DNA of 56,834 bases, taken from NCBI GenBank assembly GCA_049297775.1, contig JBAQUX010000025.1:1-56834 (forward strand). Direction: 5' to 3'. This document shows, one piece after another, positions 16,677-26,945 of the stretch. Origin of the DNA: Minisyncoccia bacterium. GTDB lineage: Bacteria; Patescibacteriota; Minisyncoccia; Phycocordibacterales; UBA2100. The position numbers and the translations under genes are program-made. Numbering within the stretch: the stretch's first letter is position 1; every line of letters starts with the position of its first letter. The notes under the pieces are model-generated. The model was not told the DNA's origin. It searched no databases and saw only the letters and a program-made list of their open reading frames with translations.

Positions 16677-18458
16677 ATGAACAACATTCGAAACTTTTCA
16701 ATCATTGCTCATATTGACCATGGCAAATCTACGCTTGCAGACAGAATGTTGGAGGTAACAGGTACTATCGAGAAGAGAAAGATGCAGGATCAAATTCTTG
16801 ACAGTATGGACCTTGAGCGTGAACGAGGTATCACGATAAAAATGCAGCCGGTTAAGATGAAGTGGATGCATGCTGGCACAGAATATCAAATCAACCTTAT
16901 TGATACTCCGGGACACGTCGACTTTGCTTACGAAGTCTCTCGAGCCCTTACCGCTGTTGAAGGCGTTGTGCTGCTCGTTGATGCAACTCAGGGCGTGGAG
17001 GCGCAAACATTGTCAACGCTCTCAACTGCAAAAGAGCTTGGAAAAATTATCATACCTGTCTTATCAAAAATTGATGCCCCAGCAGCTCGAGTAGATGATG
17101 TCCGCAGTGAGGTAGCATTACTTCTTGAATGTAACGAGGAAGACATCTACTTAACTTCTGGAAGAACTGGTGAAGGTGTGGCAGATCTCTTGAACGGAGT
17201 TGTGGCAAAGGTGCCACCGCCTGTGTCTTTAGGGAATGAGACGAGAGCACTTATTTTTGATTATCAATTTTCTGAGCACCGAGGTATCGCAGCGCACGTG
17301 CGACTTTTCGGTGGTAAATTGCAAAAGGGTGACAAAGTCACATTCGTCGCATCTGGGGCTGAATTTATTGCTATTGAAGTTGGTGTCTTTGCGCCGAAAG
17401 AAACAGCGGTGGGCGAGCTCTCGTCAGGTGAGATTGGATACATCGTTACTGGAATCAAAGAAGCAGGTAAGGTGCTCGTGGGTGATACCTTAAAGCTTGC
17501 TAAGTCACGTACTGAGGCACTACCTGGGTACAGACCACCGTCTCCGGTCATTTGGGCCTCTGTATATCCTGAAGATCAGGATAACCTTACGCTACTCCGC
17601 TTTGCACTTCAGCGCCTCAGACTTTCTGACTCATCACTTACTTTCGAAGAGGAATCTTCAGGAGTAATGGGCAGAGGTTTTAGATGTGGCTTTCTAGGAA
17701 TGCTCCACATGGAAATAATTGTTGAACGATTGCGTCGAGAATTTAATTTAGAACTGGTGGTTACGCTGCCTACCGTTGAATATGAAGTTACTACACGTAC
17801 TGGAGTTACCTTTAAAATGTATAATCCGACGCAATTCCCAGACGATGGATCGGTGGTGAAAGTACGTGAACGCTGGTCAACATTACACATCTTTACTCCT
17901 GTGGAATATCTGAGTGGCATACTACAAATTTTGTTTTCACATGAAGGTGAAACTACAAGTACAGAGACGCTTCCAGATGGACGAATTGCGCTCACGGTAG
18001 AAATGCCTCTGAGAGAGCTCATGAGAAATTTCTTTGATTCACTTAAGAACGTTTCGTCTGGCTTCGCTTCTTTGGCATACGATGTAAGTGGCACAAAAGA
18101 CGCAGATGTGGTGCGCATGGATATCTTGGTAGCAGAAGAACCTGTTGCTGCCTTTACTCGAATCATCGCAAAGAAGCGATTGCACGAAGAAGCTGAAAGT
18201 ATGGTGGACAAACTAAAGGACCTTCTTCCACAACAGCTTTTCGTTGTTAAAATTCAAGCTCGTGCAGATGGTAAAATTATTGCATCTAGTAGAATATCTG
18301 CGATGAGAAAAGATGTTACTGGATATTTGTACGGTGGCGACGTGACGCGAAAAATGAAACTACTTGAGAAACAGAAAAAGGGTAAGGCGCGAAGAGGTGA
18401 GCATGCGTCAATGGATATTCCACATGATGTATTTATAAAAGTATTGCGCAGTGATTAA
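16677..18458 (+). CDS. lepA: translation elongation factor 4 (LepA)
   Basis: Motifs NFSIIAHIDHGKSTLADR and DTPGHVDF are present, with full-length colinearity to LepA. ATG 16677 is preferred to the TTG at 16644. Confidence 0.95.
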   Translation: MNNIRNFSIIAHIDHGKSTLADRMLEVTGTIEKRKMQDQILDSMDLERERGITIKMQPVKMKWMHAGTEYQINLIDTPGHVDFAYEVSRALTAVEGVVLLVDATQGVEAQTLSTLSTAKELGKIIIPVLSKIDAPAARVDDVRSEVALLLECNEEDIYLTSGRTGEGVADLLNGVVAKVPPPVSLGNETRALIFDYQFSEHRGIAAHVRLFGGKLQKGDKVTFVASGAEFIAIEVGVFAPKETAVGELSSGEIGYIVTGIKEAGKVLVGDTLKLAKSRTEALPGYRPPSPVIWASVYPEDQDNLTLLRFALQRLRLSDSSLTFEEESSGVMGRGFRCGFLGMLHMEIIVERLRREFNLELVVTLPTVEYEVTTRTGVTFKMYNPTQFPDDGSVVKVRERWSTLHIFTPVEYLSGILQILFSHEGETTSTETLPDGRIALTVEMPLRELMRNFFDSLKNVSSGFASLAYDVSGTKDADVVRMDILVAEEPVAAFTRIIAKKRLHEEAESMVDKLKDLLPQQLFVVKIQARADGKIIASSRISAMRKDVTGYLYGGDVTRKMKLLEKQKKGKARRGEHASMDIPHDVFIKVLRSD

Positions 18459-18481
18459 AAATGCCCCGAAGGGCATTTTTT
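18457..18481. terminator. bidirectional terminator
   Basis: AAAA-ATGCCC-CGAA-GGGCAT-TTTTT. Confidence 0.8.
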
Positions 18482-18596
18482 AGAAAAAGAGTCCTGGAGT
18501 CGCCCAGAGAATCATACTAAAGATAATTAACACACTTATTGCGCCCCATACCCATTTGATAACGTTTCTTGTTTTTTTACTGTATAGCAATGACAT
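18480..18596 (-). CDS. possible 38-aa single-TM peptide
   Basis: MSLLYSKKTRNVIKWVWGAISVLIIFSMILWATPGLFF. It shares the terminator with lepA. A small ORF like this could arise by chance. Confidence 0.25.
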   Translation of the reverse strand: MSLLYSKKTRNVIKWVWGAISVLIIFSMILWATPGLFF

Positions 18597-18632
18597 ATCT
18601 GTATAGTACACTGAAAACCAAATATCAAAATA

Positions 18633-18661
18633 TTGACGTACTGTATATATTGTGGTAATTA
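18633..18661 (+). promoter_or_regulatory. candidate promoter, TTGACG-17 nt-TAATTA with upstream TG
   Basis: TTGACG is at 18633-18638 and TGGTAATTA at 18653-18661. It would drive the orphan unit that ends at the 18759-18804 terminator. Confidence 0.35.
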
Positions 18662-18758
18662 TCTATCTCCAGCAAGCACTCCTCATCAATACTGTCCTCA
18701 GGGGCATGAGATTACGAGCACACCTTGTATGGTAGCGTTGCGTGTTGCGTAGCGTAGG

Positions 18759-18804
18759 ACTTGAAGATGGAAAGTTTTGCGTCCCGTCTTCAAGTTCTTT
18801 TTTT
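18759..18804 (+). terminator. strong rho-independent terminator not attached to any CDS
   Basis: ACTTGAAGATGG-13 nt loop-CCGTCTTCAAGT (12 bp, one G-T pair) followed by TCTTTTTTT. Confidence 0.75.
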
Positions 18805-18817
18805 ATAGACACTTGTA

Positions 18818-18826
18818 TGCAATACT
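18818..18826 (+). promoter_or_regulatory. extended -10 (TGCAATACT) 6 nt upstream of the folD ATG
   Basis: TGCAATACT-gagtgc-ATG(18833). Confidence 0.5.
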
Positions 18827-18832
18827 GAGTGC

Positions 18833-19666
18833 ATGGTGTCGCACATAATTGACGGAAGAGCTATAGCTAAGAAGTGCAGACTAGAACTGAAAGAAAAACT
18901 AAAAGATAGTCCACAGATAAAACTAACCATCGTCGTTGTTGGCGACAATCCCGTCATTGAAACCTACGTTGGTGCGAAAGTTAGGGCCGCTGAAAAAATT
19001 GGGATACTCGCTAGCGTTGTTAGAAAACCAGAAACAATTACAGAAAAACAACTCATTGAGGACTTATATACAGAATTTAAGAACACAGACGGCATCATTG
19101 TACAGTTGCCACTTCCCGCACATATAGATAGAGAGCGAGTGCTTAATACTATTCCTTCAACACATGACGTCGATGTGCTTACAGAAGGCGCATATGCACT
19201 TTTTGAAAAAAACGAGCTCCCGTGTACACCTCCTGTTGCGAGTGCTGCACTCAAGGCATTAACTGATATCGGATTTACCATATCTGGTTCAAAAATGGCA
19301 GTTATAGGATACGGTAAACTTGTTGGAATGCCGTGCGATGTTCTTTTTACTCGTCTTGGTGCGCATGTTGAGATTGTGAGAAAGAACACTGATCCAGAGG
19401 AACGTCTGCGGATACTTAAGAGTGCTCAAGTTATAATTTCTGGTATCGGAGTGCCAAATTCTTTAAAAGCTGCTGATATATCTGAAGGAGTAATACTGCT
19501 CGACGCGGGCACATCAGAGAGGGAGGGAGGTACAGCAGGTGATTTAGACCCTGACTGTCTGACTATTGCGTCACATGTAGCCGCTGTCCCAGGTGGAATT
19601 GGCCCACTTACGGTAGTTTCCTTATTTGAAAACCTTGTCATCTTGTCAAAAAATCAGTCTAAATAA
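18833..19666 (+). CDS. folD: bifunctional methylene-THF dehydrogenase/methenyl-THF cyclohydrolase
   Basis: 277 aa with IIDGRAIAKK..., IIVQLPLP and VPGGIGPLTV motifs. Confidence 0.9.
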   Translation: MVSHIIDGRAIAKKCRLELKEKLKDSPQIKLTIVVVGDNPVIETYVGAKVRAAEKIGILASVVRKPETITEKQLIEDLYTEFKNTDGIIVQLPLPAHIDRERVLNTIPSTHDVDVLTEGAYALFEKNELPCTPPVASAALKALTDIGFTISGSKMAVIGYGKLVGMPCDVLFTRLGAHVEIVRKNTDPEERLRILKSAQVIISGIGVPNSLKAADISEGVILLDAGTSEREGGTAGDLDPDCLTIASHVAAVPGGIGPLTVVSLFENLVILSKNQSK

Positions 19667-19775
19667 GCTCATCCCCATATCAGCTTGTTGACACATGTAT
19701 CGAGGAGTATAGTACTCACATGAGCTAATGTAATTCCTCGTCCCGTTATTCATTTATTTGAAATAAATACACAAC

Positions 19776-21044
19776 ATGAACACTTCAGAATACCCATTCA
19801 TAGAAAAACAGGATCCAGAGGTCTACGCAGCACTCCTTGGCGAGGAAGAGAGGCAAAAATTTGGTCTAGAACTTATACCATCAGAAAACTACGTATCACG
19901 TGCTGTTCGTGAAGCAAACTCATCAATATTTACAAATAAATACTCTGAAGGGTACCCTGGAAAGCGATACTATGGTGGACAACATTTTACGGATATCGTT
20001 GAAAATGTTGCCAGAGACAGAGTAAAGAAGCTTTTCAATTGCGGGTATGCAAACGTACAACCACACGCAGGTGCGCCAGCAAACGTCGCACTCTACTTTG
20101 CGCTTCTCGAACCAGGTGACACTATTCTCGGCTTAGATCTTTCACACGGTGGGCACCTTACCCATGGGCACCCACTCACACACGTTGCAAAGGTCTTTAA
20201 GTTTATTGGCTACAAAATGAAGAATCCAGACACTGGAGAATTCGATTTTGACGAAATACGACGACTTGCAATAGAGCATAAGCCGAAACTCTTACTTGCA
20301 GGTTTTTCAGCGTATAGTCGTGAGCTTGATTACGCTAAATTTGCCGAAATTGCAAAAGAAGTGGGCGCACTAACAATGATGGACGCGGCTCACGTTGCAG
20401 GTCTCATTGCAGGAAAGGCGCACAAGAACCCATTTGATTACGGTTTTGATATTATTACTTCCACTACGCATAAAACACTTCGCGGGCCACGCGGTGGAAT
20501 GATTTTGACAAATAATGAAGCAATCGCCAAGAAGGTTGATAAATCAATCTTCCCAGGACTCCAAGGAGGGCCATTGATGAATGCCGTAGCAGCGAAAGCT
20601 GTATGTTTTGGTGAAGCGCTTTCTCCAAAATTTGAAGTGTACGCGCATCAGGTCATTAAAAATGCACAGGCAATGGCAAAGGTCTTTCAAGATGGAGGCG
20701 TGCGGCTCATGGGTGGCGGGACAGATAATCACCTAGTCCTTGCAGACCTTCGTGCACTTACTATTGATGGTCATACTGCAGAGACATTACTTGATACTGT
20801 TGGCATTACGCTCAATAAAAATATGGTCGCGGATGACTCTGGTACCGCACTTAAACCTTCTGGCATACGCTTCGGTACACCAGCTATAACAACGCGTGGT
20901 TTTGCAGAAAAGGAGTGTATTCACGTTGCAGAAATTATGTTAAGCGCACTAAAGAATCCAACGGATGTAACACTACATAGAAAATTGCACCAAGAGGTGC
21001 GTGACTTGGCATCAGCGTTCCCCATACCTGATGTAATGATCTAA
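19776..21044 (+). CDS. glyA: serine hydroxymethyltransferase
   Basis: 422 aa with LELIPSENY, YSEGYPGKRYYGG and TSTTHKTLRGPRGG (PLP lysine) motifs. Confidence 0.95.
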   Translation: MNTSEYPFIEKQDPEVYAALLGEEERQKFGLELIPSENYVSRAVREANSSIFTNKYSEGYPGKRYYGGQHFTDIVENVARDRVKKLFNCGYANVQPHAGAPANVALYFALLEPGDTILGLDLSHGGHLTHGHPLTHVAKVFKFIGYKMKNPDTGEFDFDEIRRLAIEHKPKLLLAGFSAYSRELDYAKFAEIAKEVGALTMMDAAHVAGLIAGKAHKNPFDYGFDIITSTTHKTLRGPRGGMILTNNEAIAKKVDKSIFPGLQGGPLMNAVAAKAVCFGEALSPKFEVYAHQVIKNAQAMAKVFQDGGVRLMGGGTDNHLVLADLRALTIDGHTAETLLDTVGITLNKNMVADDSGTALKPSGIRFGTPAITTRGFAEKECIHVAEIMLSALKNPTDVTLHRKLHQEVRDLASAFPIPDVMI

Positions 21045-21050
21045 AGTCTC

Positions 21051-21737
21051 ATGAAAAAAGGAAGAAAAATACGGCCAAAATTTATTGTTATTGAAGGTCT
21101 TGATGGGAGTGGTAAGGGTACTCAAACTCAATTACTTGTTGAGGCGTTGCGCGCAACAGGTGAACATGTGCTTGTGGTAGATTTTCCACAGTACGGTAAG
21201 CCGTCTGCTGCGCTTGTAGAACAGTATCTGAATGGTGCGTTCGGTACAGCTAAAGATGTCACGCCATACCAGGCGTCGTTACTTTATGCAGTTGATAGAT
21301 TTTCTGCATCAGCGGAAATGAAGGCGCATTTAAAGTCCGGTGGGACAATTGTCTCCAATCGTTACACGACCGCAAATCAAATGCATCAAGCAGGGAAAAT
21401 ACGCAATACGACAAAGCGCTCGGCGTTTTTGAAATGGCTGGATATTCTAGAATATGAAATCTTGGCTATACCACGACCTGATACAGTAATATTTCTCGAC
21501 ATACCCGTGTCAACGAGTCAAAAAATGGTTGGCACAAAGGAAACTCGTGCGTATTTGAAAAGCGGAACACATGACATACACGAGAAAGACGTGCGTCATC
21601 TACAAGACGCACGCAGAACGGCGCACTTTGTTGCAAAAAAGTACAAGTGGCATACTGTCGCTTGCACAACACCTGACGGCGTGATGAGGAGCCGCGAAGT
21701 AATTGCGCAGAAAATCTTCGAGACGGTTCGCCCATAA
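21051..21737 (+). CDS. tmk: dTMP (thymidylate) kinase
   Basis: FIVIEGLDGSGKGTQ P-loop and overall Tmk layout. Confidence 0.85.
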   Translation: MKKGRKIRPKFIVIEGLDGSGKGTQTQLLVEALRATGEHVLVVDFPQYGKPSAALVEQYLNGAFGTAKDVTPYQASLLYAVDRFSASAEMKAHLKSGGTIVSNRYTTANQMHQAGKIRNTTKRSAFLKWLDILEYEILAIPRPDTVIFLDIPVSTSQKMVGTKETRAYLKSGTHDIHEKDVRHLQDARRTAHFVAKKYKWHTVACTTPDGVMRSREVIAQKIFETVRP

Positions 21738-21795
21738 GCGTAGTACACAGTGCAGAGGCATTTGATTTTATGTCACCCGAGGATATACTACGTTC

Positions 21796-22251
21796 ATGAG
21801 CGAAAAAGCAACAATTCTTGTCGTATTACTCTTCTCATGTTTACTCTTTAGTCTCGCATGGTATGTAAATACATCACGCGCGCCACAACAACAAGTTAAC
21901 GACGCCTCTCCTGCGCCACGCGTTGAAACGTCAAAGCTCAATACTATAGACACTCAGGTAGGAACTGGTGCAGAAGCAAGTGCAGGCAAGCGAATTACTG
22001 TACACTATACTGGAAAGCTTGCAGACGGGACTGTGTTTGATAGTTCAGTACAGCGAGGTATCCCAGAAGTATTTGACCTCGGAAAAGGGACAGTCATTCA
22101 AGGCTGGGAACTTGGTATACCGGGGATGAAAGTTGGAGGTAAGAGGAAATTAACGATACCTCCGGAGCTTGGCTACGGTGCGGATACAGTTGCGTCAATT
22201 CCACCAAATTCAACACTTATATTCGATGTTGAGCTACTTAAAGTTGAATAA
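21796..22251 (+). CDS. membrane-anchored FKBP-type peptidyl-prolyl isomerase
   Basis: An N-terminal TM helix is followed by VHYTGKLADGTVFDSS...GKGTVIQGWELGIPGMKVGGKRKLTIPPELGYG...LIFDVELL. A TATACT at 21784-21789 lies 6 nt from the ATG. Confidence 0.9.
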   Translation: MSEKATILVVLLFSCLLFSLAWYVNTSRAPQQQVNDASPAPRVETSKLNTIDTQVGTGAEASAGKRITVHYTGKLADGTVFDSSVQRGIPEVFDLGKGTVIQGWELGIPGMKVGGKRKLTIPPELGYGADTVASIPPNSTLIFDVELLKVE

Positions 22252-22296
22252 TTTTGAGTCGTAGTTAAATTAGTGTCGGCAGTGTAGAATGCGGAG

Positions 22297-24327
22297 ATGT
22301 CAAACTTTAATCTTGTCACAGACTATACACCGTCTGGCGATCAGCCAAAAGCGATTGAGGCACTTGTCACTGGCATACGAAACGGTGAGCGTCATCAGAC
22401 ACTTCTTGGTGTCACCGGTTCAGGAAAAACATTTACTGCAGCAAATGTGATTGCGCAAATTGACAAGCCAACACTGGTAATCGCGCACAACAAAACGCTC
22501 GCTGCACAACTTGCCGCAGAGTACAGAACATTTTTCCCAAATAATGCGGTGCACTATTTTGTGTCGTACTATGATTACTATCAACCAGAAGCATACGTGC
22601 CGACCTCAGATACGTATATCGAAAAAGAAGCGATGATAAACCAAGATATTGAGCGACTTCGACACGCAGCAACACAGGCATTGCTCACAAGAAAGGATGT
22701 CATTATTGTTGCATCTGTATCATGCATATATGGCCTCGGTTCACCTGTAGAATACGAAAAGGTACATATAAAAATTGTTAAAGGCGAATCACAAAGCAGA
22801 GCAGAGTTAATCAGGCGACTTATCAGCCTCTACTTCGAGAGAACAAATGCTGATTTAACTCCGGGAACATTTAGAGCAATTGGAAATAATATCGAACTTA
22901 TACCTGCTGGTGAGCGTATATTATATAGAATTGAGTACACAGGAAGTGTTGTGTCACACATCACCGAGCTCGATGCACTTTCAAGAGAGATTCGCGGCAA
23001 CCATGAATCACTATTTATTTTCCCAGCGAAGCACTACGTCACTCCGGAATCGGTAAGAAAAATTGCGCTTGCTGATATAAAAAAAGAGCAGGTGGCACAG
23101 CTTGCAAAATTTAACAAAGCCGGAAAGCTGTTGGAAGCTGACAGATTGAAGCGCAGAACTACGCAAGATATGGCTTTAATTAAGGAGTTTGGATTTTGTT
23201 CAGGTATTGAAAACTATTCACGGCATTTCGATAGGAGAAAGCCAGGTGAACCACCATATACGCTCTTATCGTATTTTCCACATACAAAAGATGGGGCGCC
23301 TGATTTCTTGACAATCATTGATGAGTCACATGTCGCCGTATCTCAGATTGGTGGTATGTATGCCGGAGATAAGGCACGTAAAACAACACTTATCGAGCAT
23401 GGTTTTAGACTGCCGAGCGCTCTCGACAATAGACCGTTCACATTTTCTGAATTTGAAAAGAACGTTGGACAAGTAATCTACACCAGCGCAACCCCAGGAG
23501 AGTACGAACTGGAGCATAGCGGCAAACCTATTGAACAAATTGTAAGACCTACAGGCCTTGTTGACCCAATAATAACCATTCGGCCAGTAATTTCTGGGAC
23601 AAACTATGCTGGACAAGTTCAAGATTTTATACAGGAAGCACTTGCGGTAACTGAAAGAGGCGCTCGTACACTGGTAACCGTGCTCACAAAAAAAATGGCA
23701 GAAGATTTAACTACGTTTCTTACAGACAAACACATCAAAGCTAAGTATATTCACAGTGACATTAAGACACTTGACCGCATTGAAATATTAACGGAATTCC
23801 GAAAGGGATCATTCGATATTCTTGTTGGCGTTAACTTACTTCGTGAAGGACTAGACTTGCCTGAGGTTGAACTCGTCGCCATACTTGATGCGGACAAAGA
23901 AGGATTTCTTCGCTCACAGACATCACTCATTCAGACCATGGGACGTGCTGCACGAAATGTTGAAGGTCGTGTCATTTTGTACGCCGATATTATGACAGGT
24001 TCAATGGACAGGGCACTCGGTGAATCTGCCCGACGTCGTGAAGTACAACTTGCGTACAATAAAAAACACAACATTACCCCAACAACAGTGAATAAAAAAA
24101 TCCATGACATCATGGGTGACATTCAAAAAATGCGAGAGAAAATTGTTACCGAACTCACAAACCTCGACACTATGGTATATGGCGAAAAGGAATTGCGAAA
24201 AGTCCTTATGGATAAGCGTCGCGAGATGCAACGTGCTGCCGATAACTTAGACTTTGAAACCGCAACACTTATTCGCGATGAGATACGACAATTGGAGCTT
24301 AAGGCCGGTAAGGAGACTACAAAATAA
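22297..24327 (+). CDS. uvrB: excinuclease ABC subunit B
   Basis: 676 aa with [10 protein letters not shown], helicase motifs and a C-terminal UVR motif ([11 protein letters not shown]). A TAGAAT at 22285-22290 lies 6 nt from the ATG. Confidence 0.95.
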   Translation: MSNFNLVTDYTPSGDQPKAIEALVTGIRNGERHQTLLGVTGSGKTFTAANVIAQIDKPTLVIAHNKTLAAQLAAEYRTFFPNNAVHYFVSYYDYYQPEAYVPTSDTYIEKEAMINQDIERLRHAATQALLTRKDVIIVASVSCIYGLGSPVEYEKVHIKIVKGESQSRAELIRRLISLYFERTNADLTPGTFRAIGNNIELIPAGERILYRIEYTGSVVSHITELDALSREIRGNHESLFIFPAKHYVTPESVRKIALADIKKEQVAQLAKFNKAGKLLEADRLKRRTTQDMALIKEFGFCSGIENYSRHFDRRKPGEPPYTLLSYFPHTKDGAPDFLTIIDESHVAVSQIGGMYAGDKARKTTLIEHGFRLPSALDNRPFTFSEFEKNVGQVIYTSATPGEYELEHSGKPIEQIVRPTGLVDPIITIRPVISGTNYAGQVQDFIQEALAVTERGARTLVTVLTKKMAEDLTTFLTDKHIKAKYIHSDIKTLDRIEILTEFRKGSFDILVGVNLLREGLDLPEVELVAILDADKEGFLRSQTSLIQTMGRAARNVEGRVILYADIMTGSMDRALGESARRREVQLAYNKKHNITPTTVNKKIHDIMGDIQKMREKIVTELTNLDTMVYGEKELRKVLMDKRREMQRAADNLDFETATLIRDEIRQLELKAGKETTK

Positions 24328-24353
24328 GCAGTGATTCCTGTATACTAGCCAGA

Positions 24354-26936
24354 ATGTCAGAAGACCAAAAAATAGTAGTAAAGGGTGCGCGTACGCACAA
24401 TTTAAAGAATATCAGCGTCGAGATACCAAGAAATAAATTGGTAGTTTTTACTGGTGTTTCAGGATCGGGCAAGTCATCACTTGCGTTTGATACAATTTTT
24501 GCAGAAGGACAACGCAGATACGTTGAGTCACTGTCTGCGTATGCGAGACAGTTTTTGCGCCAAATGCAAAAACCAGATGTAGATGAAATACGTGGTCTTT
24601 CTCCCGCAATATCGATTGACCAGAAAAGTCGATCGAACAATCCACGCTCTACAGTCGCAACTATAACTGAGATATATGACTATCTTCGAGTACTTTTTGC
24701 TCGAGTAGGAAAACCACACTGTGTCACGTGTGGCCATGAAATAAAAAAGCTTTCAAATGAAGAAATTCTTGAAACAATATTGAACATCGTAAAGGAGTCT
24801 GTTAAAAATCATACAGCAGGGAATATACTAGGTGTAAAAGTGAGTACAGCAAAAATCCTCATCACTGCACCAGTCGTAATTGGACGCAAGGGTGAGTACT
24901 ATCAACTCCTCTACGATATGCTCGGAAAGGGATACGAGCGTGCAGTTATTGATGGCGTACAAAAATCTCTGAGAGAGCGTGTTGAACTTTCAAAAAACTT
25001 GAAGCACAACATAGATATTGTTATTGACGAATTTTTCATATCAGAATTTACCGATGACTCAAAAGGGAGCAAGGAGCGCCTCAATGAGGCAATCGAACGT
25101 GCGCTCACAGAAGGAGATGGCTTGCTTAAAATAGTACAACCGGACAACACCGAAAAGATGGTTTCATCAAAATTTATGTGCCCGAGAGATGGCTTCTCAT
25201 TTCCGGAAGTGGAACCAAGATTGTTCTCGTTCAACTCGCCTTATGGGGCATGTCCGCATTGTAAAGGTCTTGGCACTGCAAACTTTTTCGATTTTGAGCC
25301 ATGTGAGATATGTGCAGGTAAACGTCTGCGTCCAGAAGCATTGAATGTGTTCTTGGGGGGTGGTCCGGGAGTCGGAAAGAATATCGTTGATGTTTCTTCA
25401 TTTTCAATTGAAGATGCTCAGGCATTCTTCAAAAAGCTACACCTTACAAAAAAGGAAGAAGAAATTTCAACTGTAGTTGTGAGAGAAATTACTAGCCGCA
25501 TACAATTCATGCTTAATGTCGGTATTGAGTACCTCACCCTTGATAGACGCGCTAATACTCTTTCAGGTGGAGAGGCACAAAGAATCCGTTTGGCATCACA
25601 GCTTGGTTCAGGACTTGTTGGTGCACTGTATGTTCTTGATGAGCCTACTATTGGACTACACCAGCGCGATAATGAAAAGCTCATAAAAACTCTCCAACAC
25701 CTCCGCGACCTAGGAAACACCGTCTTAGTTGTTGAGCACGATGAAGACACAATTTTCGCATCTGATTATATTGTAGATATTGGCCCAGGTGCAGGAGTAC
25801 ACGGTGGCTCAATTGTGGTTTCTGGTTGGCTTGAAGATTTACTTACAGCAAAGAAGAACCCATCGAACTCTTCGACGCTTGCATATTTGCGAAATGAGAA
25901 GCGAGTAGAGGTACCAGAAAAGCGCCGTGAGGGCGAGCGAGGTAAGCTCATAATTCAAGGTGCAACAAAATTTAATCTCAAAAATGTAAACGTTGATATA
26001 CCTCTCGGCAGATTAGTCTGTGTTACTGGGGTATCCGGATCGGGAAAGTCTACTTTCTTATACGAAATTCTTCATCAAAACTTACGTGCTCGCCTTGAAA
26101 TGCGCTATAGAACGCCACATTTGTACAATGTATCAAAATTTGAAGGTACGGAATACTTAGGAAGAATGGTGCTCCTTGACCAGTCACCAATTGGACGAAC
26201 ACCACGTTCTAATCCAGCAACATACACAGGAACGTTTAATCACATACGAGATATTTTCGCCATGACAGCTGAAGCAAAGGCGCGTGGCTGGAAGCCGGGA
26301 CGTTTTAGCTTTAACGTAAAGGGTGGAAGGTGTGAGGCGTGCCAAGGGAATGGGCTTGTGGCTGTTGAAATGCACTTTCTTCCAACCGTATATGTCACCT
26401 GCGACATTTGTAACGGCAAGCGTTTTATGAAAGAGACACTTGAAGTGACATATAAGAAGAAGAACATTCACCAAATACTTTCGATGACCATTGAACAAGC
26501 ATGTACTTTTTTTAACGACATACCAGCGATATCTGACAGACTGCAGGCGCTTATAGATGTCGGACTTGGCTATATTGAACTTGGTCAAAGCGCCACAACT
26601 TTGTCTGGCGGTGAGGCTCAACGAGTTAAAATTGCCTCAGAACTCTATCGTCCAAATTCAACAAAGACAATATATCTTCTTGATGAGCCCACCGTTGGTC
26701 TGCATTATGACGACGTCAAAAAACTCATCGAGATTGTTCAGACACTCGTTGCTCGAGGTAATTCAGTGGTTGTCATTGAGCACAATCTTGATTTAATAAA
26801 GTGCGCTGATTACATAATTGATATGGGACCTGAAGGCGGTAGTGGTGGTGGAAATATTGTTGCAAAAGGTACCCCAGAGGAAGTTGCTCGTGCGAAGGGC
26901 TCTCACACAGGTCATTATCTCAAAAAAATTCTTTAA
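24354..26936 (+). CDS. uvrA: excinuclease ABC subunit A
   Basis: 860 aa with two ABC modules ([30 protein letters not shown] twice) and zinc-finger Cys pairs. A TATACT at 24341-24346 lies 7 nt from the ATG. Confidence 0.95.
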   Translation: MSEDQKIVVKGARTHNLKNISVEIPRNKLVVFTGVSGSGKSSLAFDTIFAEGQRRYVESLSAYARQFLRQMQKPDVDEIRGLSPAISIDQKSRSNNPRSTVATITEIYDYLRVLFARVGKPHCVTCGHEIKKLSNEEILETILNIVKESVKNHTAGNILGVKVSTAKILITAPVVIGRKGEYYQLLYDMLGKGYERAVIDGVQKSLRERVELSKNLKHNIDIVIDEFFISEFTDDSKGSKERLNEAIERALTEGDGLLKIVQPDNTEKMVSSKFMCPRDGFSFPEVEPRLFSFNSPYGACPHCKGLGTANFFDFEPCEICAGKRLRPEALNVFLGGGPGVGKNIVDVSSFSIEDAQAFFKKLHLTKKEEEISTVVVREITSRIQFMLNVGIEYLTLDRRANTLSGGEAQRIRLASQLGSGLVGALYVLDEPTIGLHQRDNEKLIKTLQHLRDLGNTVLVVEHDEDTIFASDYIVDIGPGAGVHGGSIVVSGWLEDLLTAKKNPSNSSTLAYLRNEKRVEVPEKRREGERGKLIIQGATKFNLKNVNVDIPLGRLVCVTGVSGSGKSTFLYEILHQNLRARLEMRYRTPHLYNVSKFEGTEYLGRMVLLDQSPIGRTPRSNPATYTGTFNHIRDIFAMTAEAKARGWKPGRFSFNVKGGRCEACQGNGLVAVEMHFLPTVYVTCDICNGKRFMKETLEVTYKKKNIHQILSMTIEQACTFFNDIPAISDRLQALIDVGLGYIELGQSATTLSGGEAQRVKIASELYRPNSTKTIYLLDEPTVGLHYDDVKKLIEIVQTLVARGNSVVVIEHNLDLIKCADYIIDMGPEGGSGGGNIVAKGTPEEVARAKGSHTGHYLKKIL

Positions 26937-26945
26937 CTTAATACG

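Noticed and set aside
17609-18211. A 200-aa antisense ORF inside lepA. Similar antisense ORFs include 13149..13598 in gnd, 7105..7581 in the CAP gene, 16212..16670 in murJ, 40712..41167 in the peptidase gene and 43654..44172.
   Set aside because: Each is fully embedded opposite a confidently identified or longer gene. Their products are low-complexity (Ser/Thr/Arg-rich), and none has a promoter or start context.
18661-18758. Possible ZTP (pfl), THF or glycine riboswitch upstream of folD-glyA.
   Set aside because: I could not find the conserved cores I remember, such as the CCGCCTGGGC-type pseudoknot of ZTP. folD also has its own promoter after the terminator. The region is kept only as an unclassified candidate RNA in the findings.
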